Origin: Hypanus sabinus
Taxonomy: Eukaryota
Direction: 5' to 3'
DNA length: 64,000 nt
NCBI RefSeq assembly: GCF_030144855.1
Contig: NC_082731.1
Coordinates: forward strand, 23,808,001-23,872,000
The notes below the pieces were generated by a model. That model made no database searches, was not told the DNA's origin, and saw nothing but the letters and a program-made list of their open reading frames with translations. Every line of letters starts with the position of its first letter. The stretch's first letter is position 1. Of the stretch, positions 50,634 to 64,000 are shown piece by piece. The translations under genes were made by a program, and so were the position numbers.

Positions 50634-52539
50634 GTGACCACCTGTAAATTTCTCTTCCATATGCCACAGAAACTTGCCGGTGGAGGCTGATAAATTGACT
50701 TTTAAGGAATTCGTCATGTATATAGGATCAATGGAGGACAAAGTTGTGTGCAGACTGCTGTGCAGTGTTGGATTGTTCGTGCAGTGATTTATGTTGAACT
50801 GCAGTGGATCGTGCTCTGCATGTTCCATGTTGTGCTGTGCTGCACTATTTTCTCTGTTCTACCTAAAGGACCAGAGTTAAGAGGCCACAACGGAGAGACA
50901 AGGTATTGACAAATACAAGAAATATATCAAATGTTAGGTAATTCTCGACAGAACAACAACAACAAAACAAGATACTTATTTAACTCTGATGAGGCTGGAA
51001 AAAGTTGATGATTGTGGGAAAAGGAACAATGTGATGTGCCACAGTATAATTGAAGACAAAGACTCTGGTTATGTTTTTGTTAATTGCTATTGCGCGTGAT
51101 TTTGTCTAAGCTTTTTGTCATTAGATTAGGATTATGTCAGATCTTACGGAAAATAATATGCTATAATTCCTTGTACCTCCGCTGTTACAGGTTTTTCTTT
51201 AATAATTAGGAGTATGGCGCCACCAACTGTACTGAAAACTTAGCAAATAAATACATAAGCAAGAAAACAAACAAGTAAATAAAGAAAAGCTGAAATAATA
51301 GATAAACGAATAAAAAAATCGACAGATAGGTGGATAGATAGAGAGACGCAAGCCACTGAAAACAGCGTATGCAAACTGATGGAATTTAGACCGAAGCACG
51401 AGAGAATGTAGGTCATTCAGGTTTGAATGTTGAGTATACTCTACATCAACTGCGGCTGTTTGCTGTTTAACCAGAGGCTTATCGGTATCCGAAGCGTGAG
51501 AAGTCGCAGCATAGCCAGGTTCATTTTGGTGTTTTACACTGCAACCATTCAGAGATTCCAAGGCTGACAAGACGGAGCTCTCAGGTTGGCTGATTTGAAT
51601 GCATAACCCATCAATTCATGACATCTTCACGTTTTGCACAAGATGGATTGATTGACAAGAACTAATTCGTAAAAAATAGAGGAAGGTAGAGCAGCCATCG
51701 GTGGGGTAGCAAGTGTTTGATTGAAAACTTGAGGCATTGCCTCGTTGATGCTTCAGCAATAATCGGCCAGAGTAAGAGAAAGTTTGTTAGCAGGCTTTTT
51801 ACTCACAGTTTTGTTTTTCCTTCTTTATATCTGCTTAGCATGAATTTATAGATACCAAGCTGAATAATAGAACGCAACACACACAAAATGCCGTAGTAGC
51901 TCCGTAGACCATGAAATATATCTGAGAAAGGAAAAAAAAAAACACTGGACGTTTCTATCCGAAATCTTTCATTAGGAACTGAAAATTTGATTGTTATTTT
52001 TATGGAATATTAAATGACTTGGAAAATGTCCAGTGACACTGACGACTACTCATGAGTGAAATGCGTGCAATTACAGGTTCCTACTATCAGTTTAAGAAGG
52101 TGAAGAAGAAATTGAATGCAGGATGATTTTTTTTGAGATGCTGAGGGCGTAACAGATGGGGCATACTGGGAGGTAGGAGCAACAGAGTTATAGAGCACAG
52201 CAAACTGGGTGAATAGAAGGGCAAAGGAGTTAAGCAGCCACTGCAGAGCGCCCGATAGCAATCTCACTTTAGAACAGATATGCGAACTTTGTTACTGTTG
52301 TGAAAAAATGTATTAGAGAAAAGACTGAGCAGGAACTGTCTGACATCAAGTCTGTCTCTGTTACGCAGAAGTAATGTGAAATGCATTGAATTGAATTCAA
52401 TTGACTTCATTACTTGGATCATTCATAGACATGATGAGTGTATATCTGTAGGATACGTTACCGTCCAAATGCGCAAAGTGCAATTTATAGTAATTTAAAT
52501 AAATAATATCTGCAACAGTGCAGTCAATATAACATAGAA

Positions 52540-53600
52540 ACACGACTTATGAGACCTGTGGCCTGGTGGTAGAAACTGTCCCTGAGAGTGTTGGTCCCGT
52601 CTTTTGTGCTATGATACGCTTTGCCCCATAGTAGTAGCTGGAGAATTGTGGCTGGGGTATTTCGGATGCCCGATTATCCTTCTGGTCCTTATCGCACACC
52701 TGTATTAGTAAATATCCAGAATATTTTGAAGTTCTCATCTACAGATGTGCTGGGTTGTCCGCACAACTCCCTGCTGAGGTATGCGATTGAGTTCCCATAC
52801 CAGACAGTGATGCTGGCAGGTAGCATGGCCTCTGTTGTGCCTCGGAGAAATTACTTAGTATTTGAGGGCCTACACTAAACTTGAGAGTGCCAAAGAAAAC
52901 TGAACGCTCTGCTGTGCCTTGTTCACCACACAGTTGGCATGTGAGGATGGTGACTTCTTCTCTGCAGGCTGCCTTATTGCTATTTGAGATTGAGATCAGT
53001 ACAGTGTTGTCATCAAATCTGAATTATCATATTGGAGCTATGGGTTGGGACACAATCATGGGTGTACAGAGTATGCCAACAGTAGCGGAGGGGGCTCAGC
53101 ACACAGCCCGGAGGAGCACCAGCGTTGAGGGTCAGAGGACAAAGGTGAGAGAGTCCAGTTTTACCATCCGCGGACGATTTAACAGGATGTTCAGGATCCA
53201 GCTACACATGGCAGGGAGAATGCCGAGGTCTGTGAGTTTCATGTCGAGCTGGAAGGGAACTACGTTGTACAATGCTGAATTGTAGTCTAAGAACATTATT
53301 TTCGCATCAGCATTAAACTTTTCCAGATGTGTAAGAAAAGTGTGTAGAGCTGTGGCTATTGCCTCATCTATCGATCGGTTATGCCGATAGGATAATTGTA
53401 GGCGTTCCGGTGTGGGTGGTAACACGCTGCTCATGCAGTACTTGAGCTGCCCCGCATAACATATGCTTATTATTTAGATGCGTGCCATAAGTCGCCAGTT
53501 ATTCATGACTGTCACCTTGTTATTTTTAGTTATAAGAATTGTGGATGTTTTGAAGCAGGAGGGCGGTCTATACTAGGAGAGGTAGAGATAAAAAATTGTA
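52540..53600 (-). mobile_element. Rex1/Babar-type LINE RT remnant
   Basis: LQLSYRHNRSIDEAIATALHTFLTHLEK...IMFLDYNSALYNVVP...LTDLGI...CSWILNIL matches Rex1 RT (LQFAYR.NRSTDDAI...DYSSAFNTIVP). Confidence 0.8.
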
Positions 53601-54726
53601 CATAATATTGGCCTTGCCAGTTGTGCCGCGCACATCGTCAGTCCCCGTGATCGGATGCCGTTCGGTCCCGCAGCCTAACGACTGGCCACTGGTTAGAAAC
53701 ACCTGCTACTTCGGCCTCAGAGGTGACATGGCTGCCGGTCGAATCATCTACAGCTCTCATCAGGTCTCGGTATTCACGACATCGAATCGAATGTATAAAC
53801 ATTTAGCTCGGCTGAAGCAAAAGCAGAGAAGTTAAAAACTACACTGAGTTTAGTTTTGAAGTCTAAGATGTTTTGCAGACCCTGCAATAAGTTGCCTGTG
53901 CTGTGGGTAGAAAGTTGAGTATGAATCTTGACCCTGCATTGTTGCTTCGCTGGCTTCATGCCTTTGCTTAAATTGTTGCTCCATTTCTTGAGCTCCTGCT
54001 GATTAACGGCAAAGTAAACTCTGCGTTGAGCGATAATGCTGTGCTCAGGGAATTGATCTTTCCTATTGCCTTTTGCCAAAACATTCCGGAACAAGTTTTC
54101 AGAATTTCATATGGGTGTTTGATCTTTGAGACGTTGTGGCCAATATTGGTACCAGTGAAAATTACATTAAGACTCAATAGTTTCTGCAGTGACCTGAAGG
54201 AGTTAGGTGCTACACTAAATGAGAAGACCTCCAGAGCTTCCATCTCTAGATTTCACCCCGTGCCTCGTGCTCGTAAGCCCAGAAGTTGGAAAATAACAAA
54301 CTTAAACGCCTGGCTATGGAGTAGTTCTAGGAGGGATGACGTCAGATTTTGGAAAATTCGGATCTCTTCCAGAGAATTTGTACCCTGTACAGAGCAGACG
54401 GTTTGCACCTGAATTGGAAAGGGACCGATATCCAATTCAGAAGATGTGACAGTGCTCTGCGGTAGAATTGTAGAACACAAAGTAGACAGACAGAAGTTGT
54501 TAATATTACAGAGAAAGTCAGAAATCTGAATAATGGGAATCTAGCGCCGGACGTCCAGAGCCATGTTTATTTCACTATTGGAGGTATCGAAATAAAGTCG
54601 ATTGAGCTCAAAGCATGGATGGACACAGGTAATTATCATTTTGTAGCCAGTCGTGAGCCTTGGTTAAAGAATTGATCAGTCTTCCGAGGTTGCTTTGCTT
54701 TAGACGCGACCATACGGCAGGAATTA

Positions 54727-55186
54727 CAGTTTAGGAACCACTGGTCAAAATTTCTGTTTCTGTGTATCGTTCAGTGAGTAAAAGATCAGCTGATCTCTAA
54801 AACTCATAAAGTTAAAGATTAAACATTCATTTCAATGTTTTAGGCTAGAGTAGTGTATTATTGTTGTTTTGTACATTTTACTGGAGAAAAAGAGCACCAT
54901 GCAAAAGTATATGTATTCCAAGAGATTTGAGCTCTCAGGGGAGTTGGGGGGAAACAAGTTTTCAGAGCTTAATTAGCTATTTAGGGCTATGCTTTGTTCA
55001 GATTCCTCTTTAGGAAAGTCCAGGTTATGCAAATTTCAAAGCTTTATAAATCTCCTGACTCCTCAAATCTTGTCCCAACGATCTTCAGCCATGGGCTCCT
55101 CTAAGATGCTGCCCAGAACTCTGAAAATTAAAATAATTGATGCCCACAAGCAGGAGAAGTTTAAAAATGTTGCCATAAGCAAATGA
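54727..55186 (+). mobile_element. Tc1-like DNA transposon 5' end, truncated
   Basis: Terminal-type sequence after TA at ~54727, then MGSSKMLPRTLKIKIIDAHKQ.. (Tc1 transposase N-terminal HTH) that ends where the Gypsy element begins. Confidence 0.65.
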
Positions 55187-55189
55187 AGC

Positions 55190-58100
55190 GAACCCAAGTG
55201 CAGGATACAGGCACGGAGATTGAATTAGGATGATAGGCCAACGTGAAAGTTGAAGAGCAGACAGGAGGAACCTTCACTCGGAGCCGTGATAAGGAGAGAC
55301 AGGGTTTCATAATTAAAACTTGAAACTGGAGCAAGACTTGGAACACACGGTTCTCAGCGAGTGGGAAACTTTAATAAACACACAAGCAAACCAACGATCT
55401 GGCAACTAGGGTTTTAACGCCGTGTTTCTTATACTCCAGGTCCTGATGAAAAGTAAGTGTGCCACCATCAAAGAAACTTGCAAGCAATTGGGATTTAACG
55501 TTCTGAAGCGTGGCACAAGGGGAATTAGACGAAACTAGGTAATCACGGTCACGACTGTGACTGTCAACCAACCTCATCCGCCAAACCACCAGGCTTGACC
55601 GGATTGTCTCGATGGATTCACGGATAAGGGAAGTAGCCAAGATGAAAGAATTGGAAATCCAGGAGCGTTCTTCCGGGCTGTTTCCTTCTGAATCGACGAG
55701 GTACTGGTGGCCACTGCCTCGACGGCGCACATACAGAATTCGCCAGAATGTGCATGATGTGTTGTTGTTAATGATCTGGGCGGCTTGAGAGGTTTCGGCA
55801 GGAGTGCACAAAGAGCTGACAGGTACCGGTTTTAATTGGCAGCCGTGGAACGTGGGAAGAATTGTATAGATTTGGGGTTTTTCAGACTGACCGCCGAGAG
55901 GTTGATTACTCTCAATCTCGAATGGTCCCTGGCAGCGATGGGAGAGTTTCCTGGGTTAATTCTTGAAGGGGATATCTTTATAAAAGAGCAAAAGGTTCTG
56001 GCCAGGCTGATAATCAGGTGCAGGGGTCCGATGTCGATCGGCAATCCTCTGGTTGCGTTCGGTTGAGTGGAGCAGGGCTGTGTGTGTGTCTTTCCAGATA
56101 TTGCGGCACCGGTGGATCATGGCCTGAACCGAAATCCCAGCAATGTCAGCTTCATGAGCGGAGAACAGACGGGGTTCGTAAACGACGAAACAATCGAATA
56201 GAGATACCCAGTGCTGGTTCTGACCAGGGAGTTGTCGGCGTACTCTACCTAAGCGAGATTGGTGCTCCAGGAAGACAGGTTTTTGGCGGTTATGCAGAGC
56301 AGTGATGCTTCAACTTCCAGGCTGGTTCGTTCTGTTTCACCATTCGTCTGCGGATGAAAGCCGGACTACAGACTTACTGAGGCTCCAATGTCTATGCAAA
56401 AATCTGTCCAGACTTGAGAGACAAATAGGGGACCGCAGACCGAAATGATATTAGAGAGAATGCCAAGGATTCTAAGAACGTGACAGACGAGAACGTCGAC
56501 TGTTTCACGAGTTGTAGGGAGGTTTGAGAAGGGCTACGTAATGCACGGCTTTGGAGAAGCGGTCCACCACGTGGAGAAACGCAGTGTTCACAATGTGAAG
56601 GGGAAAGCCCGTAACGAAATCCAGAGCAATATGTGACCAAGGCTAGGGACTGGTAGGGGACGAAGCAATCCAGCAGGTTGTCGGAGGGCGGCTATTCCGC
56701 GACAACAAACAGAGCAGGCACAAACGAAAGACGGGTGTCAGCGTCCATGGAGGGCCACCTGAAATGTCTCTTCAGAAGGGACAGAGTCCGATGGATTCCG
56801 GGAAGGGAGGCAAAACGAGAAATGTGCCCGCTCTACAGAACCTGAGAACGAACAGCAATGGGCACAACGAGGCGAAAGAATGGTCCGTTGAGTGGGTCAG
56901 GTTGAGTCTGCTGAGCCTCTTTAACTACGGTTTCCATCTCCAATGTGAAGATAGCCACTACACAGGATGGTGGATGGATGGTCTCGGGGTTTAGAAGGCC
57001 CTCCTCAGAAATGCATTGTTTGGAGGGGGCATCGGGCTTCCCGATCTTGGACCGCGGACGCTGGGTGAGCGTAAACCTGACCCAGACAAAAAATATTGCC
57101 CAATGGGTTTGGCGGTTTCGATGTAGGCTAATTACTTGTGACCTGTCCAGACGGTAACCGGGTATTCCGATCACTCCAACCAGTGCCTCCACTCCTCCAA
57201 AGCAAGTCTGACGGCCAATAACTCCCGGTTCGCTATTTTGTAATTTTGTTCGACGGGTGACAGGCGGAGAGAAAGGAAGTCACGGGGATGAAGATTTTGG
57301 TCAGAGCCGGAGCATCGGGAGAGGACCGCTCCCACACCAGATTCGGAAGAGTGGACATTCACAAATAATTGCCGAAGGGGTCTGGTTGGACGAGGATGAG
57401 AGCGGAGGTGAAAAGCCGCTTCAGCTCCAGGAATGCTGAGTCAGCTTTGGGTCTCAGTGAAAAGGGGTCGCAGGCGTCGTGAGTCGAGGAAAGGGTGCTG
57501 CCACCGTCTGTAATCCCTGAGAATTGACGAGAGAAGTTTGCAAACGCTAGAAATCGCTGGAGTTGCTTGAGTGTCGTGGGTTTCGGCCACTTCGCCACAG
57601 CCCGGATCTTTGCAAATCCACTTTCACGCGCCTGCATTCGATAATTTACTCTTGGAACGTGACTCAGTGGACATGAAACTCGCACTTCTGAGCTTTGAGC
57701 AATAGTTTGTTTTCCCAAAAACTCTGCAGAGCCTGACGGACATGCTAACTGTGCACCTGAAGACTGTTGGAGAAGATTAAGATGTCATACAAATAAACAA
57801 ACAGTAATCTATTAATAAAGACTCTGAAGACATCATTTATCAGAGCTTGAAAGACGGAAGGCATTGGTGAGCCCAAGTATTCAAAGTGACCAAGAGGGGT
57901 TATAACGGTGCTGTTCACTCATCTCCCTCCAATATCATGACCAGATGGTCGGCACTTTTTTGGTCCAACCTGGAGAAAATGGCGGCTCCGTAAAGTGTTT
58001 CGTAAGCAGAGATGATAAGGGGCAATGCCCACTTGTTTTTTATGGTTATGATTATTAGGCCTCGGTAGTCAATGCAGGAGCGGGGTCAACCGTCTTTCTT

Positions 58101-59300
58101 CTCTACAAAGAAAAAAACCTGCGCCAACAGGGGAGGATGAGGGTCAGATAATGCCCACTGCGGGAGAGACATTTATCTAAATCTCCATTGCTCCCTTTCT
58201 CGGAAAGGTTATACAGCCAACTGGTGCGAAGAGGCACTTGGGGGAGAAGGTCAATAGCATAATCATAAGTTCAGTGTGGAGGCGGGGAAAGTGCCCTTTT
58301 TACTAAACACTTGTCACAGGTCGTAATACTCTGCTGGAACCATCGATAGGTCAGGTGTTTCAGAGGCAGCCGAGGTCGTGGCGATTTTCACAGGGAACAG
58401 GGCCGAATGTAGCCAAGTGAGGTGACAGAACGGACTCCAGCATGCAATCCTCCCCGTAGAGCTGTCAATGTGGGGATTAAAGTGACGTAACCAGGTGTAC
58501 GCAATTAATATACGAGCTTGTGGATGAGAAACTAAATTACATCATAGCAGCTCCCGATGATTCACGGAGAGCATACGAACAGGGGCTGTGTACTCTGTGA
58601 CTCGGGCCAAAAGGCTGCCGTCCCGTGTGCGGGCTTGCAGCCTAATAATCAACGGGTCCCCAGGAATACCGGCTCGGGAAGCTATGTCTTCATCAAAAAG
58701 TTTTCCCTCAGCATCGAAGTCCACTACAGCTGAAAACAGCAGGGATTGCTGGTCGTAACAGAATGTAGCCGGAATGTGCACACGGGTTCGTGGGTCGGAA
58801 GGGAACGTAGTCTGGCTCACCGGGGTACCCCATTCTACACGTGATCCTTCCCTTTTGTCTGAAAGGGTCGTATGGTGCTACGGCCGACTTCCACAAGTAC
58901 ACCAAACTGACGCACCTTATGTGCCCATTTCGGGACTCCACCGCAGCTCCGTCTGGCCGATATTCGCTGTTTGATAGGCACAGGTAATTCAGTAAACGCC
59001 AGTCGCACTGATACCCGGCTCATGTTTGGCTCTCTTAAACTGAAAAGTGAGCTAACTTTCCTGTTTCTGACTGGTATATATCCGGTACTTCTTCAGGATA
59101 CTGGTCATCTTTCCAGAGCCAATGAGGAAATAGGGATGAGTCGGTGGCTTTTTCCACGTTCTGAGGTCCAACTATTTTTGTGTATTTCGCTTTTCTCTCT
59201 TAAGGACCTGGTTGATTTCCTTTTGATGGTAACCATTATGCAGGAACGAGATGATCAATTATCTCCGATTCCGAAATAGTTTTAACATGGTTAATCAAGA
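55190..59300 (-). mobile_element. Degenerate chromodomain-bearing Ty3/Gypsy retrotransposon (gag-pol remnants)
   Basis: Domains in order: protease (AVVDFDAEG), RT (AKIRAVAKWPKPTTLKQLQRFLAFANF), RNaseH ([11 protein letters not shown]...[26 protein letters not shown]), integrase, chromodomain (QYLVDSEGNSPEERSWI). Confidence 0.88.
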
Positions 59301-60764
59301 TTGAATGGACTGGTCTACATTGAGTGGCGTGATGGCAACAGTTACTTCGAGATATAAGTACGTGTTAGCTGTCATCCAATGGACACCACGCCAAAGGCTA
59401 GCGTGCGATTTCAGTGGCAGTAGAATGTCCATAAATAAAAAGGCAACTTTTGTTCTGCATCTCCATCGTAGATTGAAAATGTGATTGCATTCCGATGGGC
59501 GTCGGCGTCTACTGATGAATCAATCCACTGCTCTGCTTTTTTAGGTGACGCGTTGAATCACTGATTGACGCAACGGAATTTTGTCTCAAAAGGAAAAGCA
59601 ATACTCAGCAGGAGCACACAATCTCGTAGCAACTGGAATCTTTTGATATCTGACGCCAATTTCAAAAAAAACATTCCTACTCTCAAGGGAAATATCACGC
59701 CAGCCTGCCTCCTAATGCGGAGTCGAAAAGTCTAGTACACGAACTCTTCAACAGATCTGCAACCCGATGCTGTGACGTTCTGTCCCTGACTTCTTACAGT
59801 TCGACCTTCAGCCATCTCTGTATTCCAAGTATCAGAGCCAACTCAGCCCTCGTTATGTCTCTCCTAAGTTGCGGACTCGGACGGGGCCACCGCGAATTGA
59901 GAAAACATAGCCGTGATTTGTAATAAATATCACCAATTTGCTGTTCAGTTGCGTCAGGTGTTCGACCATCAAGGAAGTGGATAATGATCAGCACTGTAGA
60001 GTTTAAACTGCAACATTGACACATAAAGGTTTACTTTATTTATACTCTCTAATACTTGTGGGATATCCTCATTCTTGTCAACAGTAGTTGCAGTATAATG
60101 ATACCCAACAAGTGAGATTTGTTTCAAGAACTCAATACCAGACACGCGACCTCCTCCTTGGCGGTGGTAAGATTTGTATCTGGGAATGGTGAAAATTGTT
60201 CTGACGGCTCCAGCGACCATTCTTTTCTATCAATTATCACTGATCCCGCAACTGATCAATGAGTCGTCTCAGGAGGATATCGAACATCATCTCTACTATC
60301 CAGGATAGGGATCCAGTTCTCCCCTTACTCTTGACAAACACTCACTTTTGACCATCAACATAGTTCCTCGCCCGGTGGGGACTATGGTTCCTCCTTGTTT
60401 GAGGATTTTTCAGTTTGCCTCACTTATTTGGCTCTGTAGCTGTGCTGTACTCACGTTTGTGTGGATCTGAAATAGACATTAGTGACCGATGTTCAGTAAT
60501 TAGGGTAACATGGTTACCGTCCGGGCACTGGTTAAAATGCATCGTGAAGAAATCCCAGTCATCTTGTGTGGATTTGTTTTTTTGTTTGCTTCAATAAGGA
60601 AATGTAAAACAAGTGCAATGGGCCTTTTATTTTCATCGATTATAACGTACGCCATCACTGAACCTATACCTTTGGATTGTCGTGAAAGGCAATATGCATT
60701 GGTCGTTGTTGATCACAACGATTTTTGCTTTCAGAGTTGTGAAACTTTTTTTATAGGGGAAACT

Positions 60765-61200
60765 TGAGAACATCCTGACTTTCTGCATCACGGTCTTGTA
60801 TGGGAACTGTACCACCTTTAATCGCAAGACTCTGCAGAGAATCGTGACGGCAGCCCCACACATCTGTAGCTGTTAACTTCCCATGATGCAGGACATTTAC
60901 CAGGACAGGTTTGTAAAAACGGCGGGTGGGATCATTGGTGACCAGAGCCACACCGAACACAATCTATTTCATCTGCTACCAACCGGGATATGGTAACACA
61001 TTTTAACAGTTAGGAGCAACGGACACCGGGAGAGCATCTCCCACTCGAACATCAGACTGATTAACCCACGCAGATTTCGGTGCTCTCTATGTTACATCGG
61101 CTGATCTATATATTATAAACTACCATAATTGCTTATTGCATAATCAGACTGAGACGTAAGTTAATGATTTTCTTTTACTCCTTATGCATGTGAGGAATGT
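60765..61200 (+). mobile_element. Rex1-type LINE 3' end
   Basis: ILTFCITVLYGNCTTFNRKTLQRIVTAAPHICSC*LPMMQDIYQDR matches the Rex1 ORF C-terminus. Confidence 0.75.
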
Positions 61201-62963
61201 AAGAAACAGGCATTTCAATTCAAATCGCTCTTGAGGCATCCGCCCATGCTTTAATTATCTGAGCACACTTGTGTAATTTGTGTGCGCACAAGTATGACCA
61301 GGGTAAGTGACGTTTCGTTTAATGTTTTCACATTTGGCGAGCCGTATTCTGTGACCATGATATTCTATTCATTTTAACATTGCCCTGCGATTTTGGAGAT
61401 GTTTCTTTTCATCCTCACCTGTCACAAGAGTACATCGAGATAATAGAAAGCGTTCGCGAGGCATTGCTGAATCTGCTCGAGTGTTTTTTGCAGATGCTAT
61501 TCCCAAGAATAGCTAATGATAGCGATATAACTCTTATGTGTGTTTCCATTGAGAAAGATGTTGGACACGTCTTCCAATTCCACCTGTAGGTATGTCTCAG
61601 ATAATTCCTCTTTGATGAAGCGTTTTACTCGAGAACGTTTTGCAAGGATATCGTATATTTTGGGCAAATTAATTGCTCTATGTTCAGAAATGGATTGATG
61701 ATAGCATTAAAGACACAACAGATCCTGACAGATCTATTCTTCATGGACTGCAGCTCTGGGGGAACGTCAGTATTGACAGTTTCCACTCAAACTAGGAAAA
61801 CGTTCCCTCAGCCGTCATGCGATCTCATGCAGCAGTGTTGGTGCAGGGCCGGATATGCTATGTAAAACTAATGTGTGAAATTTTCAGTTCACGCTATGCT
61901 AGATGACATGCTAGAGATTTCCTAAGCAATACTGAATACGGTTGTCTCATTATCCATGACCTTTCTTACTTCGCTTTCAGTTGACTCTGTTGCAGGGGAC
62001 ATACTGAGGAAATGGTGGAAGCATCTCCAATCAAGATGTAGTTGTCTCAGCCGAAGTGTTAGCAATGCAGTTTTGTTTGTTTTTGTTGCCATATACAAGA
62101 CCGATGTGGCTGGGTGAACGTCATGCATTTCTTTACCAATGTCATTCACATAGGGGTTAGCTGTTTTCCACTACAGGGTGAATGCTGGCAAGCATCATTT
62201 TCATAGTCATTTCAAAGACTGACGGCAGCAGCCGAGATATTGTCCAATTCAATTTTAATTAATTAATGATTATTTCTGGTTGACGCCTTAGGGATTGCCT
62301 TTTGCTAGTTTACAGATTGTAAAACACATAGCTGCTCATTCCGCTGACACTCTTAACATTATCAGACTATTTCATAAAAGCCGAGTTGATTGCAGCTGTG
62401 TTGAAAACTGCAACTTGACTTTTTATCTCTCTCTCTTTCCTGTGCAGTCTAGTTATTTTTAACCGACCAAATGCATCACCTTTTTGCATTTCGTGCAAGT
62501 TTCATCTTTAAAATTGTGTCGGTGAGCCCCTACCACAACTAATTACAATGTCTTCGGCAGGCACGTTGCTGTTAAGCCTTTCTCATTTTTTTCACGCTCA
62601 GTTTAATTCCTGACCGCAACTGAATTGCTTCTCTGCTGCGGTTTTCATTGATACAGCCATGATAACTGTTCTATTAACCATGGCAGGGGTTTCAGTTACA
62701 GGAAGGGTTTTTGAATACTCTCTTCTAAAATTCCACAAACAGGAAGAAACGAGCACCCTGTATTAACAAAGATTATCACATTCTGTCAATGTTCTGTTAA
62801 TTTCTTCAAAACAGGCAGCTCGCTGAAATGGGTTACACTTTCATTTGATACCGCTTAAGAAAGCAAAAGAAAAATGTTCGACCTTTCTGTATACATTGTC
62901 CAGTTTTCAATTGTAAGGCAAACGCATCTATATTTCAGATATATACAGACAATTCTACTTATG

Positions 62964-63179
62964 NNNNNNNNNNNNNNNNNNNNNNNNNNNNNNNNNNNNN
63001 NNNNNNNNNNNNNNNNNNNNNNNNNNNNNNNNNNNNNNNNNNNNNNNNNNNNNNNNNNNNNNNNNNNNNNNNNNNNNNNNNNNNNNNNNNNNNNNNNNNN
63101 NNNNNNNNNNNNNNNNNNNNNNNNNNNNNNNNNNNNNNNNNNNNNNNNNNNNNNNNNNNNNNNNNNNNNNNNNNNNNNN
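62964..63179. other. Assembly gap (216 N)
   Basis: Run of N. Confidence 1.
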
Positions 63180-64000
63180 TTTATGAAACTGGTAATTAGC
63201 TCTATTTCTGACATTTTAAAATCTCGCAGTCTCGCGCTCTCTCTCCACTTTCCAAAGAAAATCGTGGAGCGCTGTTTTGCTTTTCTTATCTCGAATGTTT
63301 TTGTGCCCATTTTGAATTAAAAATAAAGTGCTGCGTAGAAGTACCTCGTCGTCTTTCTTACTAGCATCTTGAAAATACTACCAAAAAACGCGGAGAGGAT
63401 TGACGAGGAAATCAACGCAATACTTCGAGCATGAATATAACTGAGTGTCACGTCGACACTGCCAAGCTCGATAACTTATTACGAGACCTCCAAAGTTAAG
63501 CGATGAATATTAACGATATTAAGGAAGACCACCTAAAATAACCCAATTAGCGTAAGAAAAGAATTAATGAAATTACGCTTAGAATAATCCAAAGCTAAAA
63601 CAATGGCACAGATGCTGAATATGCGACTCGACTCATTTCCATCAACAAGGCCCAGAACCAAATGGCCAATGATCGTAATAGTAAACAGACTGACAGAAAA
63701 CAGATACAGGGTCACTACGTCTCGTTCACTAGCGATTCCACTATAATAGTCACTCCAGTCTGATAAAATAGTAGATATGACATCTTCCAAATGCAGAGTT
63801 GACTTTGCGAACCTGAAGCTTAGCAAATACCCACAAAAATCAGGTTGGTTATTGGCTTTCGTAAAATTTCGAAAACCTAAATCGTATCCATCTTGAGTTG
63901 CCATGAAGAAAGTGGATGCAAAGCTATGTACGCTGGTAAATCATTATGAAATGTTTATGAGAATTGTTTCGGCTGTGTTCGCCTCTCAGATCTTACTGTT

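Noticed and set aside
61419-61464. 46-nt ATG-initiated phase-1 exon (MPRERFLLSRCTLVT) with a GTGAGG donor, leader-like in size
   Set aside because: Not hydrophobic enough, and no V exon or RSS follows.
1-64000. Remaining 60-170-aa ORFs in the track; CRISPR, rRNA, tRNA; TCR or Ig constant exons; IgH-type or TAILV segments
   Set aside because: ORFs are antisense or alternate frames of TEs or random. I saw no repeat-spacer array, structural RNA, C1-set exon or IgH-like V; segments could be hidden in the three N gaps.

Overview
Eukaryotic, repeat-rich genomic window from an antigen-receptor locus, most consistent with the V region of a cartilaginous-fish T-cell receptor alpha/delta locus (taxon inferred from the NAR-type V/J and the CR1/Penelope/Tc1 repeat landscape; species not determinable here). 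All immune segments lie on the minus strand and no constant exon is present. There are two intact conventional TCR V-alpha/delta genes (leader exon + V exon + 23-RSS) at ~3.7-4.2 kb and ~21.9-22.5 kb. The main feature is a complete, open NAR-TCR cassette at 45.9-49.6 kb: leader, IgNAR-like V with an extra FR1 Cys and 22-bp-spacer RSS, one D flanked by 12/12 RSSs, a NAR-type J (EGKGT) with 23-RSS, a 2-kb intron, and a leaderless supporting TCR-delta V with an extra CDR1 Cys. Unexpectedly, the supporting V is followed by two tandem 23-RSSs: a variant one at the coding end and a near-consensus one 61 bp further on, beyond an in-frame stop. The remainder is mostly decayed transposons (CR1, L1/Tx1, Rex1, Gypsy, Tc1/mariner, Penelope-like). 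These include two ~135-bp insertions with 11-bp target-site duplications that carry a decayed hammerhead-ribozyme core. There are three N gaps. TE boundaries and family calls are approximate and from motif recognition only; no database search was run.
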